Positions 1 through 7,926 of a stretch of 64,000 nucleotides of DNA are shown piece by piece. The stretch comes from a virus. The notes under the pieces are model-generated. The model worked only from the letters and a program-made list of their open reading frames with translations, was not told the DNA's origin and ran no database searches. Numbering within the stretch: the first letter of the stretch is position 1; each line of letters starts with the position of its first letter. The position numbers and the translations under genes were made by a program. The DNA is taken from the IMG/VR virus record IMGVR_UViG_3300045988_144755; one strand, given 5' to 3'.

Positions 1-169
1 ATTTTCGGGCCAAAAATTGTGATCCGCCGAAAAACACGGCCCTAGGGTTTTTAAATCCTATAGGGCTTTTATTTTCGCGGATCGCAAAAAAAAAGCTGAA
101 ATGTTCAGGACTAAGTAAAGAAAATAAATAATAAATAATTTTTATATAAGTTATTTATTTTTATTTTCT

Positions 170-310
170 TTTCTTACTATGTGCGGGTAGTGCGGGCGAG
201 GCAAAACCACTGTTGCAAGAAATTTGAGACACACATGATCACTCTGATCAGGGTAGTACGGCAAAACTTTTCCCACATAAAATAGTGCGGGCATTACGGG
301 CGCTTACCAT
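170..310. repeat. AT-rich left-end region with ~3 spaced copies of a GTAGTRCGGGC-like motif
   Basis: Motif copies seen directly (gtagtgcgggc, gtagtacggc, tagtgcgggc) in an ~35% GC non-coding stretch. Confidence 0.3.
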
Positions 311-692
311 GTAGTAAGTGTAAAGTGTACTGAGTTGTATAACTGCTTACAGTGACGTATTTATATGAGTTCATACAACCGTTTCTGTTAAACGTGTAAT
401 CCGCTAACAGTTCCAAGTAAGGATTGAGCTTAAAATTTCTAGTGTATAACAAGCTGTTCTAGCCTAAAGAGTATATAGTGACAGTTCATACTGTACTACT
501 TACACATTTAAAATGAGGGGTGTATGTGTCAAATGCACAAGTCGAGGGCATTTTTTCGAGCCGATAGAAAAATCACTGACGTATATGTGTAATGTGTTAC
601 ACTTTCGAGATTATGTCAGTGTCAACCTATGTTGTTCTTATGGAGAAAAGTCGGTATTCTTCCCATCGTGTACACCTTACGGGCACGGCAAA

Positions 693-745
693 AAAGAAAA
701 ATAAAGTAGCACGCACGGCGAGGCGCGTGCTACTTTTCTTGTGTC
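693..745 (+). terminator. Possible rho-independent terminator hairpin
   Basis: Stem gtagcacgc / gcgtgctac with a 9-nt loop, followed by ttttctt. Confidence 0.35.
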
Positions 746-962
746 ACTACAACACCATAACAGCAGACGTTCGAGCGCAACCGATGCGGAACCTAAATCC
801 AATAAAGTCTTCTGTTGCGCAGTAATACCGTAACATACCTATCATGACGGATAATGTCACATACTTCCCGGCGAACGTCATACAGGGTAATGCCTGTACG
901 ACATTGCCTTTCCCATTAAGAAACTCAATCGTCATTGTATATCTCTCTCCTTGTATTTATTA

Positions 963-1003
963 TCCGTTGCCGATTAGATTCTAAGCGGGAGTAGCGCACT
1001 AGG
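963..1003. repeat. Left copy of a ~40-bp imperfect inverted repeat flanking the 1009–1662 gene
   Basis: ccgttgccgattagattctaag is the reverse complement of the perfect 22-bp core at 1696–1718; the match extends with 1 mismatch and 1 indel. Confidence 0.6.
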
Positions 1004-1008
1004 TTTTT

Positions 1009-1662
1009 TTACTGGGCGTTGTTCAGGATGTTTTCAAGCGTGTTGATGCAGGTTCTAATCTTGGCAAGGTCAGCACTCGACCAGTCAGCTTCATGCTTGC
1101 GGTAGAACTTGATCACATTGTGCAGACGGTCGAGCCCTACGCTGTTCGCCGTTGGGCGTCGTTCGAGGGTTAGGGCTGTATATGTCTGATGCTGAAAAGT
1201 CTTGACAAACCGGGACTTGGCAGCGCGCCAGATGTTCTTGTCGATGCGGTTCATGACAAAGGCATTATCCTTTGCTATATACCGTACAGCGGTTACAGCT
1301 TCCCGGTCGTCCGGGGGATACAGCTTGCCCGTGATGCTATCTCGAATGTATCCGCCAGCCATGATCCGAATCGCTTGTAAAGCCTGACGCCATTCGTGGG
1401 ATTGCGGATCACATATCTTAGCAAGCCGTGTCAAGCGCGTGCAATCCTTGTCTGTGAAAACCTGATGCAGTCCAGCCTTGATCAGTATGTCGAAAACCTT
1501 TGTCACACTTGAACGCAAGAGCGGCAGAGATTGACAAAGACTATCGAACTGCTGGTTGTCAAGGTGAGCTGGATCATAAGACGCATAAGCAGATTCCGGA
1601 TCAACTTGAGCGGCGCGGGTGCGGATAGGAGCAATGGCGGGGAGGTTAGCAATGGCTTGCAT
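1009..1662 (-). CDS. Hypothetical protein (217 aa), inverted-repeat-flanked, lower-GC possible moron/regulator
   Basis: ORF 1009..1689; likely start at internal Met (MQAIANL) preceded by AAGGAGA. GC ~52% versus ~60% elsewhere. No family recognised. Confidence 0.55.
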   Translation of the reverse strand: MQAIANLPAIAPIRTRAAQVDPESAYASYDPAHLDNQQFDSLCQSLPLLRSSVTKVFDILIKAGLHQVFTDKDCTRLTRLAKICDPQSHEWRQALQAIRIMAGGYIRDSITGKLYPPDDREAVTAVRYIAKDNAFVMNRIDKNIWRAAKSRFVKTFQHQTYTALTLERRPTANSVGLDRLHNVIKFYRKHEADWSSADLAKIRTCINTLENILNNAQ

Positions 1663-1680
1663 GGTAGTTCTCCTTTTCAT

Positions 1681-1722
1681 TAGGCGCACTACTCCTGCTT
1701 AGAATCTAATCGGCAACGGCTA
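1681..1722. repeat. Right copy of the inverted repeat flanking the 1009–1662 gene
   Basis: gcgcactactcctgcttagaatctaatcggcaacgg matches the reverse complement of 963–1003; an extra 8-bp hairpin (cggcaacg / cgttgccg) follows. Confidence 0.6.
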
Positions 1723-1841
1723 TCTATCTAAGATCGTTGCCGTTCTCGCTTTTCTCTATGTATCCGCAAGCGCCTTTGCTATCATAAGTGACAAGCAAAA
1801 GTGCTGCGCTTGCTTGCCTGCTATGCAGGCCGGAATTGTCA

Positions 1842-2167
1842 AAGAGCCAAGACCCGCGCGCGTGAGGCGCAGCCCCCGGAACCGGGGGAGTTCCCCCGTT
1901 TCGTTAAGTACAAGATAGCGAACGCAACGGGAATTGTCAATGGGAATCACAACTTTTTTAAAACTTTTTTCTTGAGTAAAAAGGTATCGCATGTATATAA
2001 GGTAGTGCCCCGGTCGCCAGTCAGTGCCAGTCAGTTACAGATAGTGACATCTATATACTGCCAGTTACAGTTGGTGACACATACTCACAGTTGAGGGCAG
2101 TTGATAGCAGCTAGTGATAGTCAATGACTGGTAGGGGCAGCTAGTGATAGTCAATGACTGGTAGGGA
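1842..2167. repeat. Non-coding repeat cluster: GGAATTGTCAA ×2, ccagtcagt/cagttacag repeats, and a 31-bp direct repeat ×2
   Basis: gcagctagtgatagtcaatgactggtaggg appears in exact tandem (2106–2136, 2137–2167), each with the internal palindrome agtca-a-tgact. GGAATTGTCAA at ~1842 and ~1930. Confidence 0.5.
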
Positions 2168-2422
2168 TAGGGGGCACGGCCCGCGGCGGGGGCGGGGCCT
2201 TTGGACGTGGACGGGAGAGCCCCACCAAGAAGACTATATAATATATTGATGCACGCGGGCTCCACGGGCTTTGCCCCCGAAGAGGGCCTCGTGGGTTCTA
2301 CCTTACATTGGCACACTTCTTGCGAAAATCCCCCCGCATATCCACCCCCCCAATGGACAGCCCCACCCCCTCTTTCCCCGCAACCCGACCGCAAAAAATT
2401 TTCTGGAAAATTTCCACAGCCC

Positions 2423-2456
2423 TTGACATATGCGAAACAAATCTATAAATACATAT
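2423..2456 (+). promoter_or_regulatory. Sigma70-like promoter candidate for the rightward early operon
   Basis: TTGACA, 15-nt spacer, TATAAAT, upstream of the first + strand gene. Confidence 0.4.
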
Positions 2457-2556
2457 TTATTATTAAACCTGATGAACGTCTTGCCCTTGCCGCCCGCCGC
2501 CATGCGCGGGTATAGCCTTTGTGGGAAGACATAACCTTCAACCAGTTGGAGGAGGC

Positions 2557-2772
2557 ATGGGAACCTCATCGCTCATAGTAGGCGCAGCGGGCCTCATCCT
2601 CATCGCAATCCTTGTCTTGGTGGTTGCCGATGCGGTGTTGTCGAAGCGTGCCGATGGTGCGGACGCATCCGTCACGGCCCCTGAGCTTGCCGGGCCGTCC
2701 GTCCATCCCGCCCGGCCCGTGAAGCCCGTGAAGCCGATGTGCTCCATGCGTCCCGAAGACTGGATGTATTAG
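2557..2772 (+). CDS. Small membrane protein (71 aa)
   Basis: GGAGGAGG RBS before ATG; hydrophobic helix SSLIVGAAGLILIAILVLVV. Confidence 0.5.
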   Translation: MGTSSLIVGAAGLILIAILVLVVADAVLSKRADGADASVTAPELAGPSVHPARPVKPVKPMCSMRPEDWMY

Positions 2773-2783
2773 GGGGAGATGGT

Positions 2784-3065
2784 ATGCTGCGTGCCCGTAT
2801 GGATGTGGAGAGGATAGCGAAGCTGGTGGAGGCTCAGGGCGGGTTCCGTACCTTTGCCGATGAGATGCCGAAAGACGGCGATTCCATTTCGGTTGTGGTT
2901 AATGTCCCGCGGTTCCTTAGCAGTTCTGCTGGCAGTAGCCGGGTTATTACCGTCATAGGCCAGTTCTTCGTACAGAATGCCGATATGATGGTGGTTGTCA
3001 CAGGCTATGGCCTTGGTGTGCAGGTTTTCCCGCAGGATTATTGGACGTACGCAGTGGGGGGGTGA
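2784..3065 (+). CDS. Hypothetical early protein (93 aa)
   Basis: GGGGGAG RBS before ATG; in-frame part of ORF 2739..3065. Confidence 0.5.
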   Translation: MLRARMDVERIAKLVEAQGGFRTFADEMPKDGDSISVVVNVPRFLSSSAGSSRVITVIGQFFVQNADMMVVVTGYGLGVQVFPQDYWTYAVGG

Positions 3066-3213
3066 TGCAGATGCAGAGTGAAGATGGTGCAGGCCAGTGC
3101 AGCAGGGGGTTCGATTATTTGATGGATCAGGGCTGCGCTGGCTTCGCCCGCCAGTGGGTGCCGGGGCGCGACGGAGATACGCGCTTGTATCAACTGAAAC
3201 CCCCGTCCAGTTG
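3064..3213 (+). CDS. Small hypothetical protein (49 aa)
   Basis: ATG overlaps the upstream stop (TGATG). Not in the ORF track because it is <60 aa. Translated by hand. Confidence 0.25.
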
Positions 3214-3251
3214 ATGCAGAGCCCGTAGCGTCAACCGGGGTTGACTGGAGG

Positions 3252-3587
3252 TTGATCAAGTTGCTGACGGATAAGGAACGAGAGTGGCTCACGGTGCGGA
3301 AGAAGGCTTGCGCCCGGTGCAGTGTGCCGGGCAAGTGCAGTCAGGATCAGCGTAATCATTGCTACGCAGTGGGCTACCCTCTGTGGGGCAGCACGGTGGT
3401 TACGTTTGAAGCCTTCCGGGATGCCGCCGAATTTGAGGCCCGCGTCTCCCGGCGGCTGGCGGTTATGCTGTATATGTTTCAGGGACTTACGGCCCTCAAG
3501 ATGCCGCCTCCAACGCCTGACTGGTTCTTGAAGCAGGCAAGGCTTGCTGAGGAGGCGGCTATGGAAAGGGAGGTATGTGATGCCTGA
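3252..3587 (+). CDS. Hypothetical early protein (111 aa), TTG start
   Basis: GGAGG RBS immediately upstream; Cys-rich N-terminus. Confidence 0.45.
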   Translation: MIKLLTDKEREWLTVRKKACARCSVPGKCSQDQRNHCYAVGYPLWGSTVVTFEAFRDAAEFEARVSRRLAVMLYMFQGLTALKMPPPTPDWFLKQARLAEEAAMEREVCDA

Positions 3588-3852
3588 TGCGTTGGATTTT
3601 CTGTTTGGGTTCTTGTCTGGTGTGGTTATGACGGTGGGGCTGTCCCTTTTGGTACCGTACAGGCACTTCAGGGATCGCCGCAAGTTGGAGGAGGAAAACA
3701 GGCGGGAGCTGATCGGTCTGAAGGACTCCCTGCGGGAAGGGGTCTATGCGTGCAGCGACCACATGCGCAACCTCCAGCGTGTTGCCGAGAGGGTGGAGTC
3801 CTACGCAAGAAAGCTGGATATGGAAATGAAAAAGGAGAAGTACAAGTGCTGA
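3580..3852 (+). CDS. Small membrane/coiled-coil protein (90 aa)
   Basis: GGGAGG RBS before internal Met (MPDALDF); TM helix then charged coiled-coil tail. Confidence 0.5.
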   Translation: MPDALDFLFGFLSGVVMTVGLSLLVPYRHFRDRRKLEEENRRELIGLKDSLREGVYACSDHMRNLQRVAERVESYARKLDMEMKKEKYKC

Positions 3853-4313
3853 AGGACTACAATTGCCTTCGCGGGCAGCCGCAGAATTATACGGCTGCCG
3901 AGTTCGATGTGTTCAAGAACGAGTGCGCCATCTGGATCAAACTCATGCAGCTTGGCGGGGAATGGGAGTTCTTCTGCGAGCCCGTATCCAATGCGGACAT
4001 GCGCGCCGAGACCTACGTCAATGATTCGGCCCGGCTGGTCAAGTTCCAGATGAACATGCACACGCATGACAATTTCAACTGGGATTACAAGGATTTGCAG
4101 AAGACTGCGTTCCATGAGGTGTGCGAGGTGCTGCTGTATGATCTGGAGCGGGTTGCCGCTATGGAGGACATCACGGCAGAACAGAAGGAAGCTATGCTGA
4201 TCCGGGAGCGGCACAAGGTCATCCACCATTTGGAGAAGTTGTTCTATCTGATGGATGAGACTGACACCATCGACAGTATGCGCAAAAATATCATCACACC
4301 GACAGAAGTGTAA
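3846..4313 (+). CDS. Hypothetical early protein (155 aa, GTG start)
   Basis: AAGGAG 8 nt before GTG; overlaps the upstream stop; in-frame with ORF 3750..4313. Confidence 0.45.
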   Translation: MLKDYNCLRGQPQNYTAAEFDVFKNECAIWIKLMQLGGEWEFFCEPVSNADMRAETYVNDSARLVKFQMNMHTHDNFNWDYKDLQKTAFHEVCEVLLYDLERVAAMEDITAEQKEAMLIRERHKVIHHLEKLFYLMDETDTIDSMRKNIITPTEV

Positions 4314-4445
4314 ACGGAACGGGCCGGAACTGGCGAAGGTTCCGGCCCTAGGAGGAGAGATGTGTGAAGTAAAGATGATGGGAAAAGAAGGTACGAAACT
4401 TAGATAAGGCGGGCGGCATGGATTGTCAAGCCCGCATGGGAGGAT

Positions 4446-4925
4446 ATGCAGATGCCGAAAGTGTTTCGCGTGTTTGCCGCATTGATGCTCGCCGCGTTCC
4501 TTTGCGTTCCGAACGCGGGCTGCACCAAGGACGAAGTGGCGCTCAACGCCTACAAGACGCTGGAGACGAGTGCCGAGACGTACAAGGCCGTCATGAACGC
4601 GGCGCAGGATTTGCACCGCATGGGGAAAATGACGGATGAGCAGTGGAATCAGGTCAAGGATTACGCGGTCGTCTACTTCGATTCGTACCAGACGGCGGTC
4701 GCCGCGCTGGTCAAATACGTTGAGGTCACGCAGGGGGTGAAGTCCCCCGGTGCCGAGGACGGGGAATCCAAGCCCTCTGCCGCCGAACAGGAGCAGAAAC
4801 TTGGCGACATGCTGTCGGGCTGCACCACGACGCTGAACGATCTGCTGGTCAAGGTGCAGGAACAGGATGTCGATGTCGCCAAGGCCAAGAGGGACTACGC
4901 GGAGGAATACGAAAATGCCTATTAA
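4446..4925 (+). CDS. Putative lipoprotein (159 aa)
   Basis: Signal peptide plus lipobox (LCVPNAGC) seen in translation; GGGAGG RBS. Confidence 0.6.
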   Translation: MQMPKVFRVFAALMLAAFLCVPNAGCTKDEVALNAYKTLETSAETYKAVMNAAQDLHRMGKMTDEQWNQVKDYAVVYFDSYQTAVAALVKYVEVTQGVKSPGAEDGESKPSAAEQEQKLGDMLSGCTTTLNDLLVKVQEQDVDVAKAKRDYAEEYENAY

Positions 4926-5091
4926 TGCCGTGTCTGTTGCCGTCATTATGGAAGTCATCGGGCTCATCGTCAAACATGGCGTGCCCGCTGTGAAGGCCAT
5001 GATTGAAACGTGGGAGAAGGATGAGATTACCCTTGAGGATGTCAAGGCCCTCGCCCACAAGATTGACCACCCGGATACCTACGATGTTTGA
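4915..5091 (+). CDS. Small hypothetical protein (58 aa)
   Basis: Internal Met of ORF 4867..5091 overlapping the upstream stop, suggesting translational coupling. Confidence 0.4.
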   Translation: MPINAVSVAVIMEVIGLIVKHGVPAVKAMIETWEKDEITLEDVKALAHKIDHPDTYDV

Positions 5092-5332
5092 TGATCCCGG
5101 CCCGAAGGGGGAACGCGACCCCGACTGGAAGCCGCCGAAGACAGGCTGGTCTAGGTGGGAGCAGTTGACCGAGTGGGATGTGTATGTGGAGACGGCAAAA
5201 AAGTTCTCCGAGATGATGGGCAGGGAGGTCAGCACTGAGGAAGCGAAGGCGCTCTGCAAAGAGTACGACCGGATATGGAATAAAATGGTGTACGACTTTA
5301 CCCATATTGACAAACCTTGGGGCATACAGTAG
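5084..5332 (+). CDS. Small hypothetical protein (82 aa)
   Basis: Internal Met (MFDDPG) of ORF 5003..5332; ATG overlaps the upstream stop. Confidence 0.45.
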   Translation: MFDDPGPKGERDPDWKPPKTGWSRWEQLTEWDVYVETAKKFSEMMGREVSTEEAKALCKEYDRIWNKMVYDFTHIDKPWGIQ

Positions 5333-5438
5333 CGTCTGGTTGTCTCAGTTGTTCTTCAGCATCAATGATTGACGGGAGCGTACAGGGTTTTCGGGAAGCC
5401 CTGTGTGCTCCCGTCTTTCTTTTTTCCAAGGAGCGGTT

Positions 5439-6032
5439 ATGTCTGAATATACTCGCGAACGTATCGAAGCGGTCATGCGGGCCAAGGGGTACGCCTTCTT
5501 TACCGAGGGCGACTACAACCTGAACCTTCTTGCCGTCCGCTCCGGGCGGGAGGCGACCAACCTGTTTGACGATACGTTCCTTGCCGTCTTCAAGGTGGAC
5601 GGCGCATGGGAAACCCGTGAGTATGTCTGCACGACCGACCCCGGAACCTACTGGCTGCGGAACGGGCTTGAGAAAGGCACGGCGGTGCTCGCCCCCGGAC
5701 AGTACCGTGGGGCGTTCGCCCTTGGAAAGCACAAGGGCGAGTACGAGGCGTTGGTGCAGGCGGCCCCGGTGACGGTCTACCGCGACGGGAACAAGGACGA
5801 TGCGCTGGATTATGTGGCTCCCGAAACGGGGATGTTCGGCATCAATATACATCGGGCCAACCGGAACGGGGTATCCTTCTACGTGGACAAGTGGTCTGCG
5901 GGCTGCGTGGTCATTGCGGGCGCGGATGCGTTCGACGACCTGATGGGGCTGGTGCATAAGTCCTTGGCGATGGGCGTCTATGGGATGCGGTTTACGTTTA
6001 CGCTTTTTGAAAAGCGGGACTTCAAAATATGA
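5439..6032 (+). CDS. Putative cell-wall enzyme with L,D-transpeptidase (YkuD)-like His...Cys signature; candidate endolysin
   Basis: AAGGAG RBS. Motif NIHRANRNG...SAGCVVI...AFDDLMGLV resembles the YkuD catalytic HG(T)..(S/T)HGC(I)R(M) block. Lies immediately upstream of a holin-like gene. Confidence 0.5.
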   Translation: MSEYTRERIEAVMRAKGYAFFTEGDYNLNLLAVRSGREATNLFDDTFLAVFKVDGAWETREYVCTTDPGTYWLRNGLEKGTAVLAPGQYRGAFALGKHKGEYEALVQAAPVTVYRDGNKDDALDYVAPETGMFGINIHRANRNGVSFYVDKWSAGCVVIAGADAFDDLMGLVHKSLAMGVYGMRFTFTLFEKRDFKI

Positions 6033-6622
6033 GCGGTGCGTCTTCGGCTACGGGTGCGTTCATTGAGCTCCGGGTCTGGGTTACGCATTATGTAGAGCAG
6101 CTTATGACCGGAGCCAGCATCAAGGTTTTTTTCGCGTCTGTGCTTACGTTCTTTACGAACGTGCTCTATGGCGACAAGGTGGTGTTCATGATCTACCTTG
6201 CGTTCGCCCTGCTTGATCTCGTGCTCGGCGTTACGAAAGCCATCGTGTACGACAGCTTCAACCCCAAGTACCTGTTGTACTGGGTAAAGAAGTTGGGGAC
6301 GCATATGCTGCTCATCCTCCTGTTGGGGCTCTTGTGCAATGCGTTCTTCCACACGTCCGGGATAACGGTTTCGTTTGTGAACTGGATGCTGTTCATTTGC
6401 TCCACTACCGAGCTTGCGAGCATCATCTGGAATCTGAAGTCGCTTGGGATGCCCGTGCCGCCTGTTGTGGATGTGTTTCTCAAGGCGCTGCGCAAGCGTG
6501 CGTCTTCTCATATCGCGCAGTGTTTTGGGGATGATGAGATGCGGCAGGAAATCGAAAAGGCATTGCAGCAGTACAAGTCGTGCGACGACTGCTCAGGATG
6601 CGGAAGGCATCCGCATGAATGA
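6029..6622 (+). CDS. Holin-like membrane protein (Phage_holin_4_1 / phi-LC3-like signature)
   Basis: Multiple TM helices. LDLVLGVTKAIVYDSFNPKYLLYWVKKLG resembles the DxxTGxxKA...KK core of that holin family. Start overlaps the upstream stop (ATGA). Confidence 0.5.
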   Translation: MSGASSATGAFIELRVWVTHYVEQLMTGASIKVFFASVLTFFTNVLYGDKVVFMIYLAFALLDLVLGVTKAIVYDSFNPKYLLYWVKKLGTHMLLILLLGLLCNAFFHTSGITVSFVNWMLFICSTTELASIIWNLKSLGMPVPPVVDVFLKALRKRASSHIAQCFGDDEMRQEIEKALQQYKSCDDCSGCGRHPHE

Positions 6623-6699
6623 TTGTAATCCTTGAACGATTTTGCTACCGTTGAATTGGCTGAGTTTTCTAGTAGGAACGCATGTAGGAGTTTTTCATC

Positions 6700-7899
6700 A
6701 TGGGTAAGTTTCCAGTCACATACGATGAAAAGCTGAAGCAGCATCGGTTGATGGTCGATGGCGAGTTGCTTGTGCCCGGCGTTGTCCCCGTGGATACGAC
6801 GCAGGGCAAGGGGCCGAACCATCTTCAGGTTGATGCCGATGCTGGCTTGGCTGTCCGGTCTGAGACGTTCGTCTCGACCGATGACGGCAACCAGCTTGAA
6901 GTCGGGCAGGATGGCAAGCTCTTCGTTCGGGAAGTGTCCCCCGATTCGTTGCTGTCTCAGGACAAGAGCAACCAGCTCTCCGTTACGGACGGCATCTATT
7001 ACAACGTGGGCGACCATCTGAGCGAGGACGAAAACAACCTTCTGGTTGCGCGGGACGGCAAGCTCTTCGTCGGCAAGGTGTCCGCCGTCTCTGACGATGA
7101 GGGCAACATCTTGCAGCAGGGCACCGACTCCGGCGCGTTGCTGAAGATGGACAGCCTTGTCTCGCTCGACCTTGGGAACCGGATCGTCCTCGGTTCGGAC
7201 AACAAGCTGTCCGCGCCCGTGCAGCTTTCCAAGGAAGAAGGCAACTTCCTTCGTCTCGGCAACGACCAGATGCTGTACATCAACGGCGCTGACATCGTTT
7301 CCAACGAAGCCAAGAACATGCTGGAAGTGTCTTCCAGAGACGGCAAGCTCTTCGTAAGCCGCGACAATCTGGTTCCCCCGCCCATCGTGGCGGAAGACGA
7401 AGGGAACATTATCGTCGCGGGCGGCGACGGCGGTGCCCTTCTGAAGATGGCGATGCTCGTTTCCCACGAGGAAGAGAACTATCTCATCATTTCGGAAGAG
7501 GACAACCGACTTGTCGTGCGCAGCCCGTTGTCCATGCAGGAGGGGAACTATCTCCGGCATGGCGAGGACGGCGGCATCTTTGCTGACGGCAACGATTTGT
7601 TGTCCAATGAATCCGATAACATCCTTGGCATCTCGAAGGTCGATGGCAAGATTTATCTGAGCCACGAAGACTATGTGACCACGGTGTCCAAGGAAAACGG
7701 CAATGTCCTTCGCCCCGGTGCGGATGGCGGTGCCCTGCTTCTCATTGAAGACCTCATCTCCAAGGACGCCCAGAACAGCATCGTTGAAGGCAGCGACAAG
7801 CTCTTGTATGTCCGGGCCGTGTCCAAGGATAAGGGCAATGCAGTCACCCCCGGTTCCGATTTCGGGAGCTTCTTCCCGGCTGATTTCGGAACCATGTAA
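6700..7899 (+). CDS. Tail fibre protein with phage-fibre repeats (399 aa)
   Basis: ≥8 copies of an SxD/E+xNxLxxGxDG(K/G)L(F/Y)V-type motif, like PF03406 phage tail fibre repeats; AGGAG RBS. Confidence 0.7.
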   Translation: MGKFPVTYDEKLKQHRLMVDGELLVPGVVPVDTTQGKGPNHLQVDADAGLAVRSETFVSTDDGNQLEVGQDGKLFVREVSPDSLLSQDKSNQLSVTDGIYYNVGDHLSEDENNLLVARDGKLFVGKVSAVSDDEGNILQQGTDSGALLKMDSLVSLDLGNRIVLGSDNKLSAPVQLSKEEGNFLRLGNDQMLYINGADIVSNEAKNMLEVSSRDGKLFVSRDNLVPPPIVAEDEGNIIVAGGDGGALLKMAMLVSHEEENYLIISEEDNRLVVRSPLSMQEGNYLRHGEDGGIFADGNDLLSNESDNILGISKVDGKIYLSHEDYVTTVSKENGNVLRPGADGGALLLIEDLISKDAQNSIVEGSDKLLYVRAVSKDKGNAVTPGSDFGSFFPADFGTM

Positions 7900-7926
7900 C
7901 CAAAATAAATCACAGGAGTATTTATC

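Noticed and set aside
1-1000. tRNA or attachment site at the AT-rich left end
   Set aside because: No cloverleaf-compatible segment (no GTTCRANYC T-loop, no acceptor pairing) found by eye. No integrase in the window.
2000-2170. CRISPR array
   Set aside because: Only two to three short imperfect direct repeats without regular spacers; no cas genes.
3801-5060. 419-aa minus-strand ORF across the early region
   Set aside because: Antisense to several RBS-bearing plus-strand genes; low-complexity R/L/G composition.
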